Positions 7,737-17,355 of a stretch of 64,000 nucleotides of DNA are shown here, piece by piece. The notes beneath the pieces were generated by a model. That model searched no databases, was not told the origin of the DNA, and was given only the letters and a program-made list of their open reading frames with translations. The translations under genes and the position numbers were made by a program. The DNA is taken from contig OZ244065.1 of NCBI GenBank assembly GCA_965215505.1, positions 1,984,001 to 2,048,000 on the forward strand, written 5' to 3'. The DNA is from Capsulimonadaceae bacterium. GTDB taxonomy: Bacteria > Armatimonadota > Armatimonadia > Armatimonadales > Capsulimonadaceae. The stretch's first letter is position 1. Every line of letters starts with the position of its first letter.

Positions 7737-9074
7737 CTAAGAAAAGCGCGGCAGGAGCAGGGCGAAGAGCGTGTACAGGTTGAGCGCGACAAGGCCCGCC
7801 GCCAGCACGCCGACGAGGATGGGGAACCAGGCGGGGCGGGGCAGCAGGCCGCGCAGGCCGAGGACGAAGAAGAGGGCCAGCGGGAGCAGAGCGGGATACC
7901 AGTAGCGGCCCTGGGCCTGGAAGAAGGTCAGGATGAAGCGCAGGAAGACGAACCCGGTGAGGGCGGTCAGGACGGCGAAGGCGGCCAGTAAAACCCGCTG
8001 GGGCGGCGTCAGCGCCGCGCGACGGCCCAGGGCGCGGAACAGGCCGGAGGCGGCTGCCAGGCACAGCAGGGCGAGGAGGGTGTAGGGGAGGGGGGGCGGG
8101 TGCGCGAGGAACGACATCGCGCCGCGATCACTCGCGTGCCGGTGGGCGCGCGGGTCCTGGCCCCAGAAGAGGAGCAGGGAGTCGAAGCCGCCCCAGAAGG
8201 ACGCGAAGGTCCACTGCGCGACGCCGCCGAGGTAGCTGAAGATGGAGCCGCCGTAGAGCATCCGCGCGATGTAGTCGGCCTGGGCGGTGCTGGAGAAGGC
8301 GGAGAGGAAGATGTGCTGGGCCAGCGGGTCGTGGTAGAGGTGTTGGTTGCGCCCCAGCCAGGGCGAGCCGATCAGGAGGCCCAGCCCACAGGCGATGGCC
8401 GCCGCCCGCCCGGCCTGTGTCCCTGTCGTCAGGCCGCGGGAGGCCAGCAGGTAGCAGGCCAGCAGGACGACCGGGAACAGGAGGAGCGCGCTGGTCTTGG
8501 TCAGGATGCCCGCGCCCAGCGTAATGCCAAGCCAGACCGCCCACCGCTGCCTTTCGCCCGGCTCTGAGGCCACGACGAGTTTTGCCAGCAAACCCAGCCC
8601 GATCACAAGCACGAGGTTCGTCAGGGCGTCGTTCGTGACGGAGGCCGAGAGCGCGACATTGCCGGGCAGCAGGCCAACGGCGGCGGCCGCGCCCAGGGCC
8701 AGCCACGGGGCATCGGGGAACAGCACGCGGATGCACCGGTAGGAGGCCAGGAGGAGCAGAGCGCCGAGCAGGATGGAGACGGCGCGAACCGCCCGCATCG
8801 CCGCCGCCTCCCCGGCCCCGTGCGCCGCGAGGTAGACCGGCGCGGCCAGGACGTAGTACAGGGGAGGCTGGTGGTTCTCGTAGCCGTGCATGGCGTCGGT
8901 GAAGACCGGCAGGTGGCCCGAGGCGATGGTCTGGACGTACTGCATGTGCGCGTTCTCGTCCGGGTTGTGCTGCTCCGGCGTGCCGGCGGGCGTGACGGCG
9001 CAGTAGGCCCCGGCCAGGAGCAGGTAGACGAGGACAAGACCGGCCAGGAGCCGCCGCGAAAGTCGCTCGGTCAT
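7737..9074 (-). CDS. GT-C superfamily membrane glycosyltransferase (ArnT/PMT/DUF2142-like)
   Basis: PDENAH, HQPPLYY, QGRYWYP motifs; many TMs; TGATG overlap with the upstream gene. Confidence 0.75.
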   Translation of the reverse strand: MTERLSRRLLAGLVLVYLLLAGAYCAVTPAGTPEQHNPDENAHMQYVQTIASGHLPVFTDAMHGYENHQPPLYYVLAAPVYLAAHGAGEAAAMRAVRAVSILLGALLLLASYRCIRVLFPDAPWLALGAAAAVGLLPGNVALSASVTNDALTNLVLVIGLGLLAKLVVASEPGERQRWAVWLGITLGAGILTKTSALLLFPVVLLACYLLASRGLTTGTQAGRAAAIACGLGLLIGSPWLGRNQHLYHDPLAQHIFLSAFSSTAQADYIARMLYGGSIFSYLGGVAQWTFASFWGGFDSLLLFWGQDPRAHRHASDRGAMSFLAHPPPLPYTLLALLCLAAASGLFRALGRRAALTPPQRVLLAAFAVLTALTGFVFLRFILTFFQAQGRYWYPALLPLALFFVLGLRGLLPRPAWFPILVGVLAAGLVALNLYTLFALLLPRFS

Positions 9075-10996
9075 CACGGCTTCGCCTCCGGCAAGGCGAA
9101 AACGGCCACGCCATGTGCCTCGAAGAGCGGCGGCCCGGCCCCGTCGGTCAGCGCGAAGACCCATTGGGTGTAGCCGGGCGCGTCCGGGGGGGGCAGGTTG
9201 CGGCGGTTGATGAGGATGTGCGTCACGCCGATCTTTTGCAGGCACGCGCGCAGGTCTTCGGCATTGTGGAACGTGTCATAGGGAATGAACGTGCTGTGCT
9301 GGGCGTCGCCCCACAGGTAGGCGCGGTCGCAGTAGAAGCCGAACGGGTGGCCGTAGAAAACCACCTTCGCGTCGGCGGGGAGATGCGCGTTGATGAACTG
9401 CATGACCGGGTAGCCGGACTGGTCATGCTCAAGGAACTGGGCGCGGGACTGTCCCCCGAAGACGACCGGCGCTTGCAGCCGTATCAGGGACGCGCCGATG
9501 AAAAGCGTGAAGGCCACTGAGCCGGCCCCTAGCCCGGCAAAGGCATAGCGCGAACGCCAGCGCCCCTCCCAGGCACTCACGACGACCCACGCGGCCAGTA
9601 GGCACAGGACAGGCAGGGTCGGCAGCAGGTAGCGGACGTACTCCACGGTCGCGAACCACAGGCCGAGGGAACACAGCGCGTACAGCGCGAGTGCCCTGGC
9701 CGCCGCCGGTGCGCGCCCCAGAAAGGCGGGGAAGAACAGCGCGGCCAGCAGCAGCGGCGACAGCGTTTCCAAAGGCGTCTGGAACTCGTTGAACGGGTGC
9801 GGGCTTGTCGTCGGGTGGCCAGGCAGCAGGTACATCGTCAGGTTCCACGGTGCCAGGACGGCCTGGGTGGGGCTGTGGATCTCCTTGGAGGTCTGGCCCA
9901 CCCCGAAGCCCGCGTTGGAGGCGTCGTAAGCGTCGCCAAGGCCCGTGTTCCAGTACCGGCTCGGGAAGAGGTGGGAGTAGAAGGGGTAGACGGGGTTGCC
10001 CGTGTAGGCCGCCGACTTGATGTACCAGGGCGAGCCGACGGCCAGGGCGAGCAGGCACCACACGGCGACCTTCCCAATTGCCCTCGGCAGCGTCCGCCCT
10101 TGCACGCGCACCCACCAGAACAGCAGGCCGAGGGCCAGCAGGGCGACCGTCCCCAGTGCGGTCGCTTTCGTGCTGAGGGTCAGGCCCATCAGGACCGCAC
10201 CGAGCCGCAGCCAGCGTCCATCCCGGCTCGCCATGCCGTTTGCTACCGCCAGCAGCGTCAGGGTGGCGAAGAAGGTCCCGGCGAGGTCCGCGTAAGCCGT
10301 CCCCGCCTCCCACAGCACGAGGGGCGTTGAGGCCAGGATGCCCGCAGCGGTCAGCCCGACGCGCGGCGACAGGTGGCGCGCGCCGAAGGCGTGGACCGCC
10401 AGGCAGGCCCCGACGCCGCAGGTGAAGTGGAACAGCTTTGCGAGCGGGATGCCGCCCTCCATCAGCCCGAAAAGATACCACATCTCGGCGGTGAAGGCGA
10501 AGTTGGAATGGCTCTCCCAGGGGATGTAATGGATGCGGTGGACTTGCAGGTACATCTTCGGGTCGGCCAGGTGGTAGGAAAGGCTGTCCCATTCGGTGTC
10601 GCCGATGCCGCCCAGCCCAACGACCGGCGGGGTCCAAACGCCGACGAGGGGGATCAAGGCCAGCAGGAGGAAAACAACGGCCACGGCCCAGACCCAGGGC
10701 GACAGCCGGAGGCCACGCCGGAGAGTGTCTTGGAGTTCCCACGCCATTACCTGATGCTGCTGGGACCCGGCGGCAACGAGAAGAAGCAGAAGGCCAATGC
10801 CCACCGGGCGGTACAGGCCACCCAGCAGCCCCAGGGCGAGCATGGCGTAGGCGAGCATCCCCAGACCGAGTGCCAGGCCGAACAGGCTGCGCTCAAGCCG
10901 CGTGGGGCCGTCGTCGAGGCGCAGGAGGCGCAGGACGTTCCGGCCCGCCGCCGCCGCTGCCCAGGCCGTTATCAGAAATAGCAAAAGGTCCAGCAC
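9074..10996 (-). CDS. GT-C superfamily membrane glycosyltransferase (family 39-like)
   Basis: WDSLSYHL, PWY...TGNPVYPF, RYLLP motifs; multi-TM; GTG start with AAGGA RBS. Confidence 0.75.
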   Translation of the reverse strand: MLDLLLFLITAWAAAAAGRNVLRLLRLDDGPTRLERSLFGLALGLGMLAYAMLALGLLGGLYRPVGIGLLLLLVAAGSQQHQVMAWELQDTLRRGLRLSPWVWAVAVVFLLLALIPLVGVWTPPVVGLGGIGDTEWDSLSYHLADPKMYLQVHRIHYIPWESHSNFAFTAEMWYLFGLMEGGIPLAKLFHFTCGVGACLAVHAFGARHLSPRVGLTAAGILASTPLVLWEAGTAYADLAGTFFATLTLLAVANGMASRDGRWLRLGAVLMGLTLSTKATALGTVALLALGLLFWWVRVQGRTLPRAIGKVAVWCLLALAVGSPWYIKSAAYTGNPVYPFYSHLFPSRYWNTGLGDAYDASNAGFGVGQTSKEIHSPTQAVLAPWNLTMYLLPGHPTTSPHPFNEFQTPLETLSPLLLAALFFPAFLGRAPAAARALALYALCSLGLWFATVEYVRYLLPTLPVLCLLAAWVVVSAWEGRWRSRYAFAGLGAGSVAFTLFIGASLIRLQAPVVFGGQSRAQFLEHDQSGYPVMQFINAHLPADAKVVFYGHPFGFYCDRAYLWGDAQHSTFIPYDTFHNAEDLRACLQKIGVTHILINRRNLPPPDAPGYTQWVFALTDGAGPPLFEAHGVAVFALPEAKP

Positions 10997-11005
10997 GCAT
11001 CATCC

Positions 11006-11773
11006 TTACCGTCGGGCAGGCTCCGCTCCCGGAAGGTCCACCAGCCGCCCGGTCACGCGGGGCCGGGTGCCGGGCGCGTCCCAGGCCATCTCAGTCTCGC
11101 CCAGCAAGTGCCCGAACCAGCCCGCCTGCACGATGGGCACGCCGCCCACGATCTTCGGTTCTCCCAGCTTGTTGTGGCTGTGGCCGCCGACAATGAGGTC
11201 TATTTCGGGGCAGGCGGCGGCCAGCCGCTCGTCTTCGCGCAGGCCGATGTGGGTCAGGGCGACCAGGGCATCCACCGAAGGCCGCAGCGTCTCGATTTGC
11301 CGCCGGGCCACGACGACGGGGTCGTCAAAGACGAACGCGCTGACCAGTCGGGCCGTCATGCGGGGCGTCACCATCGGCACCGTCAGGCCGAAGACGCCGA
11401 CCCTCAGGCCGTTCGGCAGCGTCTTCGTGAAAGACGGGACGACGGGCAGCGTCTCGCCCTGATCCTCGCGCCAGCGGATGTTGGCACAGAGGATGGGGAA
11501 GGCGGCCTTACCGATCTTGAGTCGTAGCAGGGCGTCGGCGACGTGGAACTCGCGGTTGCCCAGCGTCATGGCGTCGTAACCGGTCTCAGACATCAGGGTC
11601 AGGATCGGCTCGCCGCCGGGCCGGACGCCGACATTGCCCGCCGAAACCGCATCCCCGGCGTCCAGCAGCAGGACATTGGCCCGCGTGGCCTTGGCCTGCT
11701 GGATGAACTCGGCCTGGCGCGCGCTCAGGTGGTTATGGAAGTCGTTCGTGTGCAGCAGGGCGAATTGGGGCAT
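11006..11773 (-). CDS. Metallophosphoesterase (5'-nucleotidase N-terminal-type domain only)
   Basis: LHTNDFH, DAGD, LGNREF, LTHIG, GGHSH. Confidence 0.88.
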   Translation of the reverse strand: MPQFALLHTNDFHNHLSARQAEFIQQAKATRANVLLLDAGDAVSAGNVGVRPGGEPILTLMSETGYDAMTLGNREFHVADALLRLKIGKAAFPILCANIRWREDQGETLPVVPSFTKTLPNGLRVGVFGLTVPMVTPRMTARLVSAFVFDDPVVVARRQIETLRPSVDALVALTHIGLREDERLAAACPEIDLIVGGHSHNKLGEPKIVGGVPIVQAGWFGHLLGETEMAWDAPGTRPRVTGRLVDLPGAEPARR

Positions 11774-11789
11774 GGGTTATTATTCCGGG

Positions 11790-12005
11790 GGAGGCCCCCC
11801 GCCCCCAATTCTGGGGGTGTCAGAGGGGAACCCCTCCCATCTCGTTCCTCGCCACCCTCCCCGAAACGGAGAGGGGAAGAGTTTGGGGAGAAAAGGCCCG
11901 CCCTGCTGTCCGAGACTCCTCGCCCACCCGTTGTACCCGCTGCCGAAGCTCTGTGAGCAGGGGCGGGAGGGCCGCCGCTTGTGGCGGGGTGGGTTCCGGG
12001 GGTGC
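11790..12005. repeat. Intergenic mosaic of G/C-rich hairpin repeats
   Basis: CCCCCAATTCTGGGGG and CCCTCCCCGAAACGGAGAGGGG hairpins; similar motifs near 17150-17290 and 56100-56124. Confidence 0.5.
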
Positions 12006-12011
12006 GCTGAT

Positions 12012-12548
12012 CTATTGCCGCGCCGTCGCCTCCGCCGGTTTGATATGCGCGAGGTAGGCGGCGACCGCCTCGTCCAGCCGCCCCTGCCGCCGCAGGATCT
12101 CCTCGATGGCGTCCCGCACGGCCCCCGCCCCGCCCGCGCGGGGCGTCACCCAGTCCGCCCGCGCCTTCAGGTGCGCGGAGGCGTCGGCGACCGCGATCTT
12201 GACCCCGGCGGCCTCGAAGGCGGGCAGATCGTTGATGTCGTCGCCGACGTAAGCGGCTTCCTTGGACCGCAGGTGGTACTTCTCCAGCAGCCCGTTCAGT
12301 GCCTCCGCCTTGTCGCCGCAGTTCTGGATCACGTCCTCGACGCCGAGTTCCGCCATGCGCGTCTCGACCACGCGGCTGGTCCGGCCCGACAGGACGGCCA
12401 CGCGCAGGCCGACCGCCTGCGCCATGACGATGCCCAGCCCGTCGGCCACATGGAAGGCTTTGGACTGCCCGCCGCCGTCGCCGTAGAGCAAGGTGCCGTC
12501 GGTGAGCGTGCCGTCTACGTCAAGGACGATGAGTTTGACGTTCTGCAC
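12012..12548 (-). CDS. kdsC: KDO 8-phosphate phosphatase (HAD family)
   Basis: LDVDGTLTDG, YVGDDINDLP, GGAGAVRD. Confidence 0.92.
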   Translation of the reverse strand: MQNVKLIVLDVDGTLTDGTLLYGDGGGQSKAFHVADGLGIVMAQAVGLRVAVLSGRTSRVVETRMAELGVEDVIQNCGDKAEALNGLLEKYHLRSKEAAYVGDDINDLPAFEAAGVKIAVADASAHLKARADWVTPRAGGAGAVRDAIEEILRRQGRLDEAVAAYLAHIKPAEATARQ

Positions 12549-12899
12549 TCAGGCCACCCCCTCATCGGGGGATTTCGCTCTGCTGCTTCTCCACCAGCCA
12601 TAGATACCGCTTGCGATTCCAACTGCCATCACGGCAAGGCTAGGCATTTGCCATGACTCAGGCCCGAGGCCGATCAAATGACCTACGAGAACCAAAACCG
12701 CAGGTATAAAAAGGTTGCTGCCCAAAAAAATGAGAGCGAGGCCGGCGAATACGAGAGCACTATCTACGCCATGTGGTAACAAATGGCGCAGTGTGGTGAC
12801 CTGTAGTACGACCCCGCTTGCCACCAGCAACAACGCAAGTCCGTCTTTGACGCGAGACATGGGCGACAACTTCTCAGACATGGGTTTGCCAATTTTCAT
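12549..12899 (-). CDS. Hypothetical membrane protein, lower GC
   Basis: 3-4 hydrophobic segments; ATGA overlap with kdsD; abuts the kdsC start. Confidence 0.65.
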   Translation of the reverse strand: MKIGKPMSEKLSPMSRVKDGLALLLVASGVVLQVTTLRHLLPHGVDSALVFAGLALIFLGSNLFIPAVLVLVGHLIGLGPESWQMPSLAVMAVGIASGIYGWWRSSRAKSPDEGVA

Positions 12900-13912
12900 A
12901 CTATCCCCGCCTTCACTAAGTCCTTCAGCATCAGCATCCCGACGGGGCGGCCTTCGGCGTCCACGACGGGGGCGTCGCCGGCCTTCTGGCCGGGGAGGGG
13001 GTGAAAGTCATCCAGGCGGCGCAGGCCCTCGGTCGCGAGAAGATTAGCGGTGACGAGGCCGGGGCGGCGGGTCATCGCCTCCGAGGCGGGGCGGGTGAGG
13101 AGCTGCGGGTCATCCAAGAGGTGCCGGCGGATGTCGCCGTCGGTGATGAGGCCCGACACGCGGCCCTCGGCGTCGGTGACGATGGCCGCGCCGGCATTGG
13201 CACGGGTGATAGCGAACATGGCATTCAGGACGGTGCCCGACTCGGGGACGATGGCGACGGCCTCGCCGGTCCGCATGAGGTCGGAGACGCGCAGGGTCAG
13301 GCGGCGGCCCAGGGTGCCCGCCGGGTGCAGGCGGCTGTACTGCTCGGGGGTGAACCGGCGCGCGCCCATGACGGCCACGGCCAGGGCGTCCCCCAGGGCG
13401 ATCATCGCCGTCGTGCTGGTGGTCGGGGCGAGGTTCATGGTGCAGGCTTCTTTCTCCACCGACACGTCCAGGACGACCGAGGCCGCCCGGCCCAGGCTGG
13501 AGCGCGGGCTGCTGGTGAGGGCGATGAGCGGGGTCTGGAGTTGGCTGATGGCGGGCAGGATGGCCTTGACCTCGTCCGTCTCGCCGCTGTAGGAGAGGGC
13601 GACGACCACGTCGCCCGGTTGGATCATGCCCAGGTCGCCGTGGACGCCCTCGGCGGGGTGCAGGAACAATGCGGGCGTGCCGGTGCTGGCAAGGGTGACG
13701 GCCAGCTTGTCGGCGACCTTGCCGCTCTTGCCCATGCCGGTCACGACGACGCGGCCCTTCGTTTCTAAAAGCAGCCGGATGGCCTCGGCCCAGGCCGCGC
13801 CGTCCAGGGTTTCAGCCAGCCGGTCCAGGGCGCGGGCCGCCTCGGACAGCACCCGCCGCCCCTCGGACAGCCATTCCGCTCGTTCGGCCTCAGTTGGTTG
13901 GTCGTCCATCAT
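12896..13912 (-). CDS. kdsD: Arabinose-5-phosphate isomerase KpsF/GutQ (SIS + 2 CBS)
   Basis: VTGMGKSG, HPAEGVHGDLG, APTTSTT, HPAGTLG; start placed 7 nt downstream of TATAAT. Confidence 0.93.
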   Translation of the reverse strand: MMDDQPTEAERAEWLSEGRRVLSEAARALDRLAETLDGAAWAEAIRLLLETKGRVVVTGMGKSGKVADKLAVTLASTGTPALFLHPAEGVHGDLGMIQPGDVVVALSYSGETDEVKAILPAISQLQTPLIALTSSPRSSLGRAASVVLDVSVEKEACTMNLAPTTSTTAMIALGDALAVAVMGARRFTPEQYSRLHPAGTLGRRLTLRVSDLMRTGEAVAIVPESGTVLNAMFAITRANAGAAIVTDAEGRVSGLITDGDIRRHLLDDPQLLTRPASEAMTRRPGLVTANLLATEGLRRLDDFHPLPGQKAGDAPVVDAEGRPVGMLMLKDLVKAGIV

Positions 13913-14040
13913 TGCGCTCATTATACAGAGTCATGCGCGGATTATGCAAGCGGGCGGCTCGGCCTAAGCAGGAAAACCGGCTCGCGGTCGCCAACTATTG
14001 CGTGTCGGTTCGCTTCCGAAAGGTCAACGGTCATCGTCCT

Positions 14041-15381
14041 ATGAAGAGAAGTCTCTATCCTCTTGCCCTCCTGCTGTCCGCTTCGCTGCTCCCGGTACGC
14101 GCGTGGGCGCAGACATCGGCACCCGATCCGGCTACGGCCCAGTTCCGGGCGGGGGTCGCGGCGTTCCAGCAGCATCAATATGAGGCGTCCATCGCCGACT
14201 TCCGGGAGGCGGTCCGGCTCCGGCCCGAGTACGCGGACGCGCACAACGCCCTTGCCATCGCGCTGGAAGCGCGGGGCCAGCACGCGGACTCGCTGAAAGA
14301 GTTCCAGGAGACGGTCCGCCTGAAACCGGACAATCCGGACGCGCGCTACAACCTGGGAATCGCGCTGGACCGTCAGGGGCAGACCGGGCCGGCCGTGAAC
14401 CAGCTCCAGGCGGCGGTCAAGCTGCGGCCCGCCTTCGCGGCGGCGCACTACATGCTGGGGCGTCTGCTGGAGAAGCAGGGGACGCGCGAGGAGGCCATCG
14501 CCGAGTACCGGGAGGCCATCCGCCTCCGCCCCGACGGGGCCGCGCCGCACTACAGCCTCGCCAATGCGCTGGACGACAGCGGGCGGCACGACGACGCCAT
14601 CGCCGAGTATCACGAGGCGATCCGCCTGGACCCGGCCAACGCGGACGCGCACAACGCCTTGGGGAACGTGCTGGATGTCCAGGGCAAGCACGCGGAGGCG
14701 ATCACGGAGTACCGCGAGGCCCTGCGGCTGAACCCGGACCTCGCGCTGGCCCACTACAACCTCGGCCTGGCCCTGGACGCGCTTGGGCACACGGGGGAGG
14801 CAGTTTCGGAATACCGGGCGGCGCTGAAGAACAAGCCGAACCTCGTAATCGCGCGGCAGTACCTCGCGAAAGCACTGGCCCGACAGAAGAGAGTGGCGCA
14901 AGTCGCCCGGACCGACCGGGCGGCGGCGAAGGCGCAAGCCGACCAGGCGGCCCGAGCCGCGCGCGTCGCCGAGATGACGGCCGCCACCCAGACCCCGCCG
15001 CCGGCACCGACCCCCGCCCCGCCCCGCCCTGCGACGGCCGTGCTGCTCCAGCGCGGCAAGGCGCTTTACAATCAGGGCAGCCTCGTCGGTGCGATCACGG
15101 TGCTGAGGCAGGCGGTCGGTGCCGATCCCGGCAGCGCCGAGGGGCATTACCGCCTGGCGGTGGCCCTGGACGACCGGGGGGACCACACCGCCGCCGTCCA
15201 GGAGTACAGGAGGGCACTCCGCTTGAAGCCAGACTACGCGGCGGCATATTCCGGCCTCGGCACGTCGCTGTATCTTGCCGGCGACCGCGCCGAGGCCCGG
15301 CGCGCGTGGCACCAGGCCATCAGTCAGGGGGACCCGCAGGAAGCGCAGAATGCCGCAGGGCTGCTGAAGGCGTATCCGTAG
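14041..15381 (+). CDS. Secreted tetratricopeptide repeat protein
   Basis: Signal peptide and about 10 TPR units (A.YNLG.AL...G...EAI.EYREA.RL.P). Confidence 0.88.
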   Translation: MKRSLYPLALLLSASLLPVRAWAQTSAPDPATAQFRAGVAAFQQHQYEASIADFREAVRLRPEYADAHNALAIALEARGQHADSLKEFQETVRLKPDNPDARYNLGIALDRQGQTGPAVNQLQAAVKLRPAFAAAHYMLGRLLEKQGTREEAIAEYREAIRLRPDGAAPHYSLANALDDSGRHDDAIAEYHEAIRLDPANADAHNALGNVLDVQGKHAEAITEYREALRLNPDLALAHYNLGLALDALGHTGEAVSEYRAALKNKPNLVIARQYLAKALARQKRVAQVARTDRAAAKAQADQAARAARVAEMTAATQTPPPAPTPAPPRPATAVLLQRGKALYNQGSLVGAITVLRQAVGADPGSAEGHYRLAVALDDRGDHTAAVQEYRRALRLKPDYAAAYSGLGTSLYLAGDRAEARRAWHQAISQGDPQEAQNAAGLLKAYP

Positions 15382-15389
15382 GCGCGTCC

Positions 15390-15596
15390 CTAATGGGTGA
15401 ACAGCAGGTAGAAGCCCATCACGATGAAGAGGGCATCAATGACAAGCGCCCGCTGCTTGCGCCCGGCAAACACGCGGCGGGCCTTCGGATCGTCCGGCAG
15501 CGTCTTGGCGCGCAGGTTGAAGTAGGCGAGGCTGATCGCGCGGAAGATGAAGCCGAGAGCGACCAGTACGCCGCCGATGATCTTGAACGGGTCCAA
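15390..15596 (-). CDS. Small two-TM hypothetical protein
   Basis: 68-aa ORF, two hydrophobic helices, directly after yajQ; TTG start uncertain. Confidence 0.55.
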   Translation of the reverse strand: MDPFKIIGGVLVALGFIFRAISLAYFNLRAKTLPDDPKARRVFAGRKQRALVIDALFIVMGFYLLFTH

Positions 15597-15610
15597 AGGC
15601 TGTCTCGCGC

Positions 15611-16105
15611 TTACCGGTAATTCGTGAACTGGAGCGGGACGTCCAGGTCCTCGCCCTTGAGCATCGCCATCACCGCCTGCAAATCGTCCTTGGCTTTGGC
15701 CGTGACGCGCACCTGCTGGTCCTGGATCTGCGCCGTCACTTTCAGCCCCTTGTCTTTAATGAGCTTGGTGATCTTCTTGGCGGTCTCGGTCGGCAGGCCG
15801 CTCTTGATGGTCACCACCTGCCGGAGCGTCCCCTTACTGGCTTGCTCCATCTTGCCGTATTCCAGAAACTTGACGTCCACGCCGCGCTTGATCAGCTTGG
15901 ACTGGAGTACGTCGGTGAGCGCACTCATCCGCGCCTCGTCGTCCGAATGGAGCGTCAGCTTGTCCTTGTCGTCGTGCTCGATGGCGCTGATGCTGCCCCG
16001 GAAATCGAAGCGCGTCTCGATCTCGCGCTGCGCCTGCCCGACGGCGTTCTTGACCTCCTGCGGGTCCGCCTTCGAGACGATGTCGAAACTGTATTCCGTT
16101 GCCAT
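15611..16105 (-). CDS. yajQ: YajQ family nucleotide/c-di-GMP-binding protein
   Basis: SFDIVS, RFDFRGS, QIQDQQVRVT.K.KDDLQ, LQFTNYR. Confidence 0.95.
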   Translation of the reverse strand: MATEYSFDIVSKADPQEVKNAVGQAQREIETRFDFRGSISAIEHDDKDKLTLHSDDEARMSALTDVLQSKLIKRGVDVKFLEYGKMEQASKGTLRQVVTIKSGLPTETAKKITKLIKDKGLKVTAQIQDQQVRVTAKAKDDLQAVMAMLKGEDLDVPLQFTNYR

Positions 16106-16153
16106 GATGTGAGTCCCCTATCCTTACGCCGGTGTCAGTGGCCTATGTGCCCT

Positions 16154-17110
16154 CTATGATACCCGCCCCGCTCCCGATTCCCACCCGATCCGCTCCGCCG
16201 CACTCGGGGCGGCGACGCCCGGATTGCGCCCCAGCCCCGCCACGGCGGCCAGCAGCAAGGCGAGGCCGAGCCATTGTCCGAGCAGGACGGGCGTGTGCAG
16301 GACGACTAGCCCGATGAAGAGGGAGGTCAGCGGGTAGCAGAGTTCGGCCAGTGTCGCCACCGAGGCCGGCGTCCCACGCAGGCCGAGGTAATACAGGCCC
16401 ATGCCGGCGAGGTCCGGCAGCAGGACGATGAGCAGCAGGAACAGACCCGCGTAGTGCGCCGAGTGGGTGGGAGGCGCGGCCGTCCCGGTCGGGACCAGCG
16501 TCAGCAGGGCGAGGACCGGGACGGCCAGCGCGAACCGCGCCCCGGCCAGCAGGCCGGGCGAGAGGGCGGCGGTCAGCGACCGGCCCGCCACCGTCGCCGC
16601 GCCCCAGAGGGCGGCAGCGCCCAGGGCGAGCAGGGCCTGCTGCGCGTGGATGTCGCCTATAGACGGCGGCTGTTGGAAGCCGATGAGCAGGTACGCGCCC
16701 GTCATGGCCGCCGCGCCCCAGCCCCAGAACAGCCAGGACCGCCGCTCCCCCAGCAGCCAGCCCGCCAGCAGGATGGCGACCAGCGGCTGCGTCTTCTGGA
16801 GCAGCACGACAGTCAGGGCGTGCGAAAAGTCGAGGGTGAAAGCCTTGGTGTAAATCCAGGTTGCAAGAGCGGACCCGCCCCAGCCGACGAACAGCAGCGC
16901 CCCCCACTGCCGCCGGGCCAGCCAGGAGAGCTGACGGCGCTCGCGCCACAGGATAGGCGCGAACAGGAGGGAGAGGGCGAGGTGTTCCCCCAGCACGACG
17001 CGGGCCGGGGACCAGCCCGCGCTGAGGGCGGCGGGGCGCAGCAGCAGGTCCGCCCCCCAGAGCATGGCGGCGAGGGCAATCAGGAGCGGGGACAGGAGGC
17101 GTGACGGCAT
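16154..17110 (-). CDS. DMT/EamA family transporter
   Basis: About 10 TMs in two repeats; LLQKTQP, ATLAELCYP. Confidence 0.88.
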   Translation of the reverse strand: MPSRLLSPLLIALAAMLWGADLLLRPAALSAGWSPARVVLGEHLALSLLFAPILWRERRQLSWLARRQWGALLFVGWGGSALATWIYTKAFTLDFSHALTVVLLQKTQPLVAILLAGWLLGERRSWLFWGWGAAAMTGAYLLIGFQQPPSIGDIHAQQALLALGAAALWGAATVAGRSLTAALSPGLLAGARFALAVPVLALLTLVPTGTAAPPTHSAHYAGLFLLLIVLLPDLAGMGLYYLGLRGTPASVATLAELCYPLTSLFIGLVVLHTPVLLGQWLGLALLLAAVAGLGRNPGVAAPSAAERIGWESGAGRVS

Positions 17111-17127
17111 GACGGGTATGATACCCG

Positions 17128-17310
17128 ATCCTCTCCCCCGGCGCTGCGCGCCGACCCCTCCCCTCGGAGGGAAGGGGGTGTGAATAGAGGTTAATCTGTA
17201 TTCTTGGGTGGTTTTTCGGTCACGGTTAGCCTCCAAGAAGAGGCACCCTAGCACCATTCACCCGCCCTTCCCTCCGAGGGGAGGGTCGGCGCTTGCGCCG
17301 GGGAGAGGAT
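17128..17310. repeat. Long inverted repeat (about 55-59-bp arms), REPIN-like
   Basis: 17128-17186 is nearly the reverse complement of 17256-17310 (CCTCTCCCC...CCGACCC(C)TCCCCTCGGAGGGAAGGG...TGAAT). Confidence 0.8.
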
Positions 17311-17355
17311 AATCCTCCACTTATCTGTTATAATAGTGGACAGGAGAACATCTGT

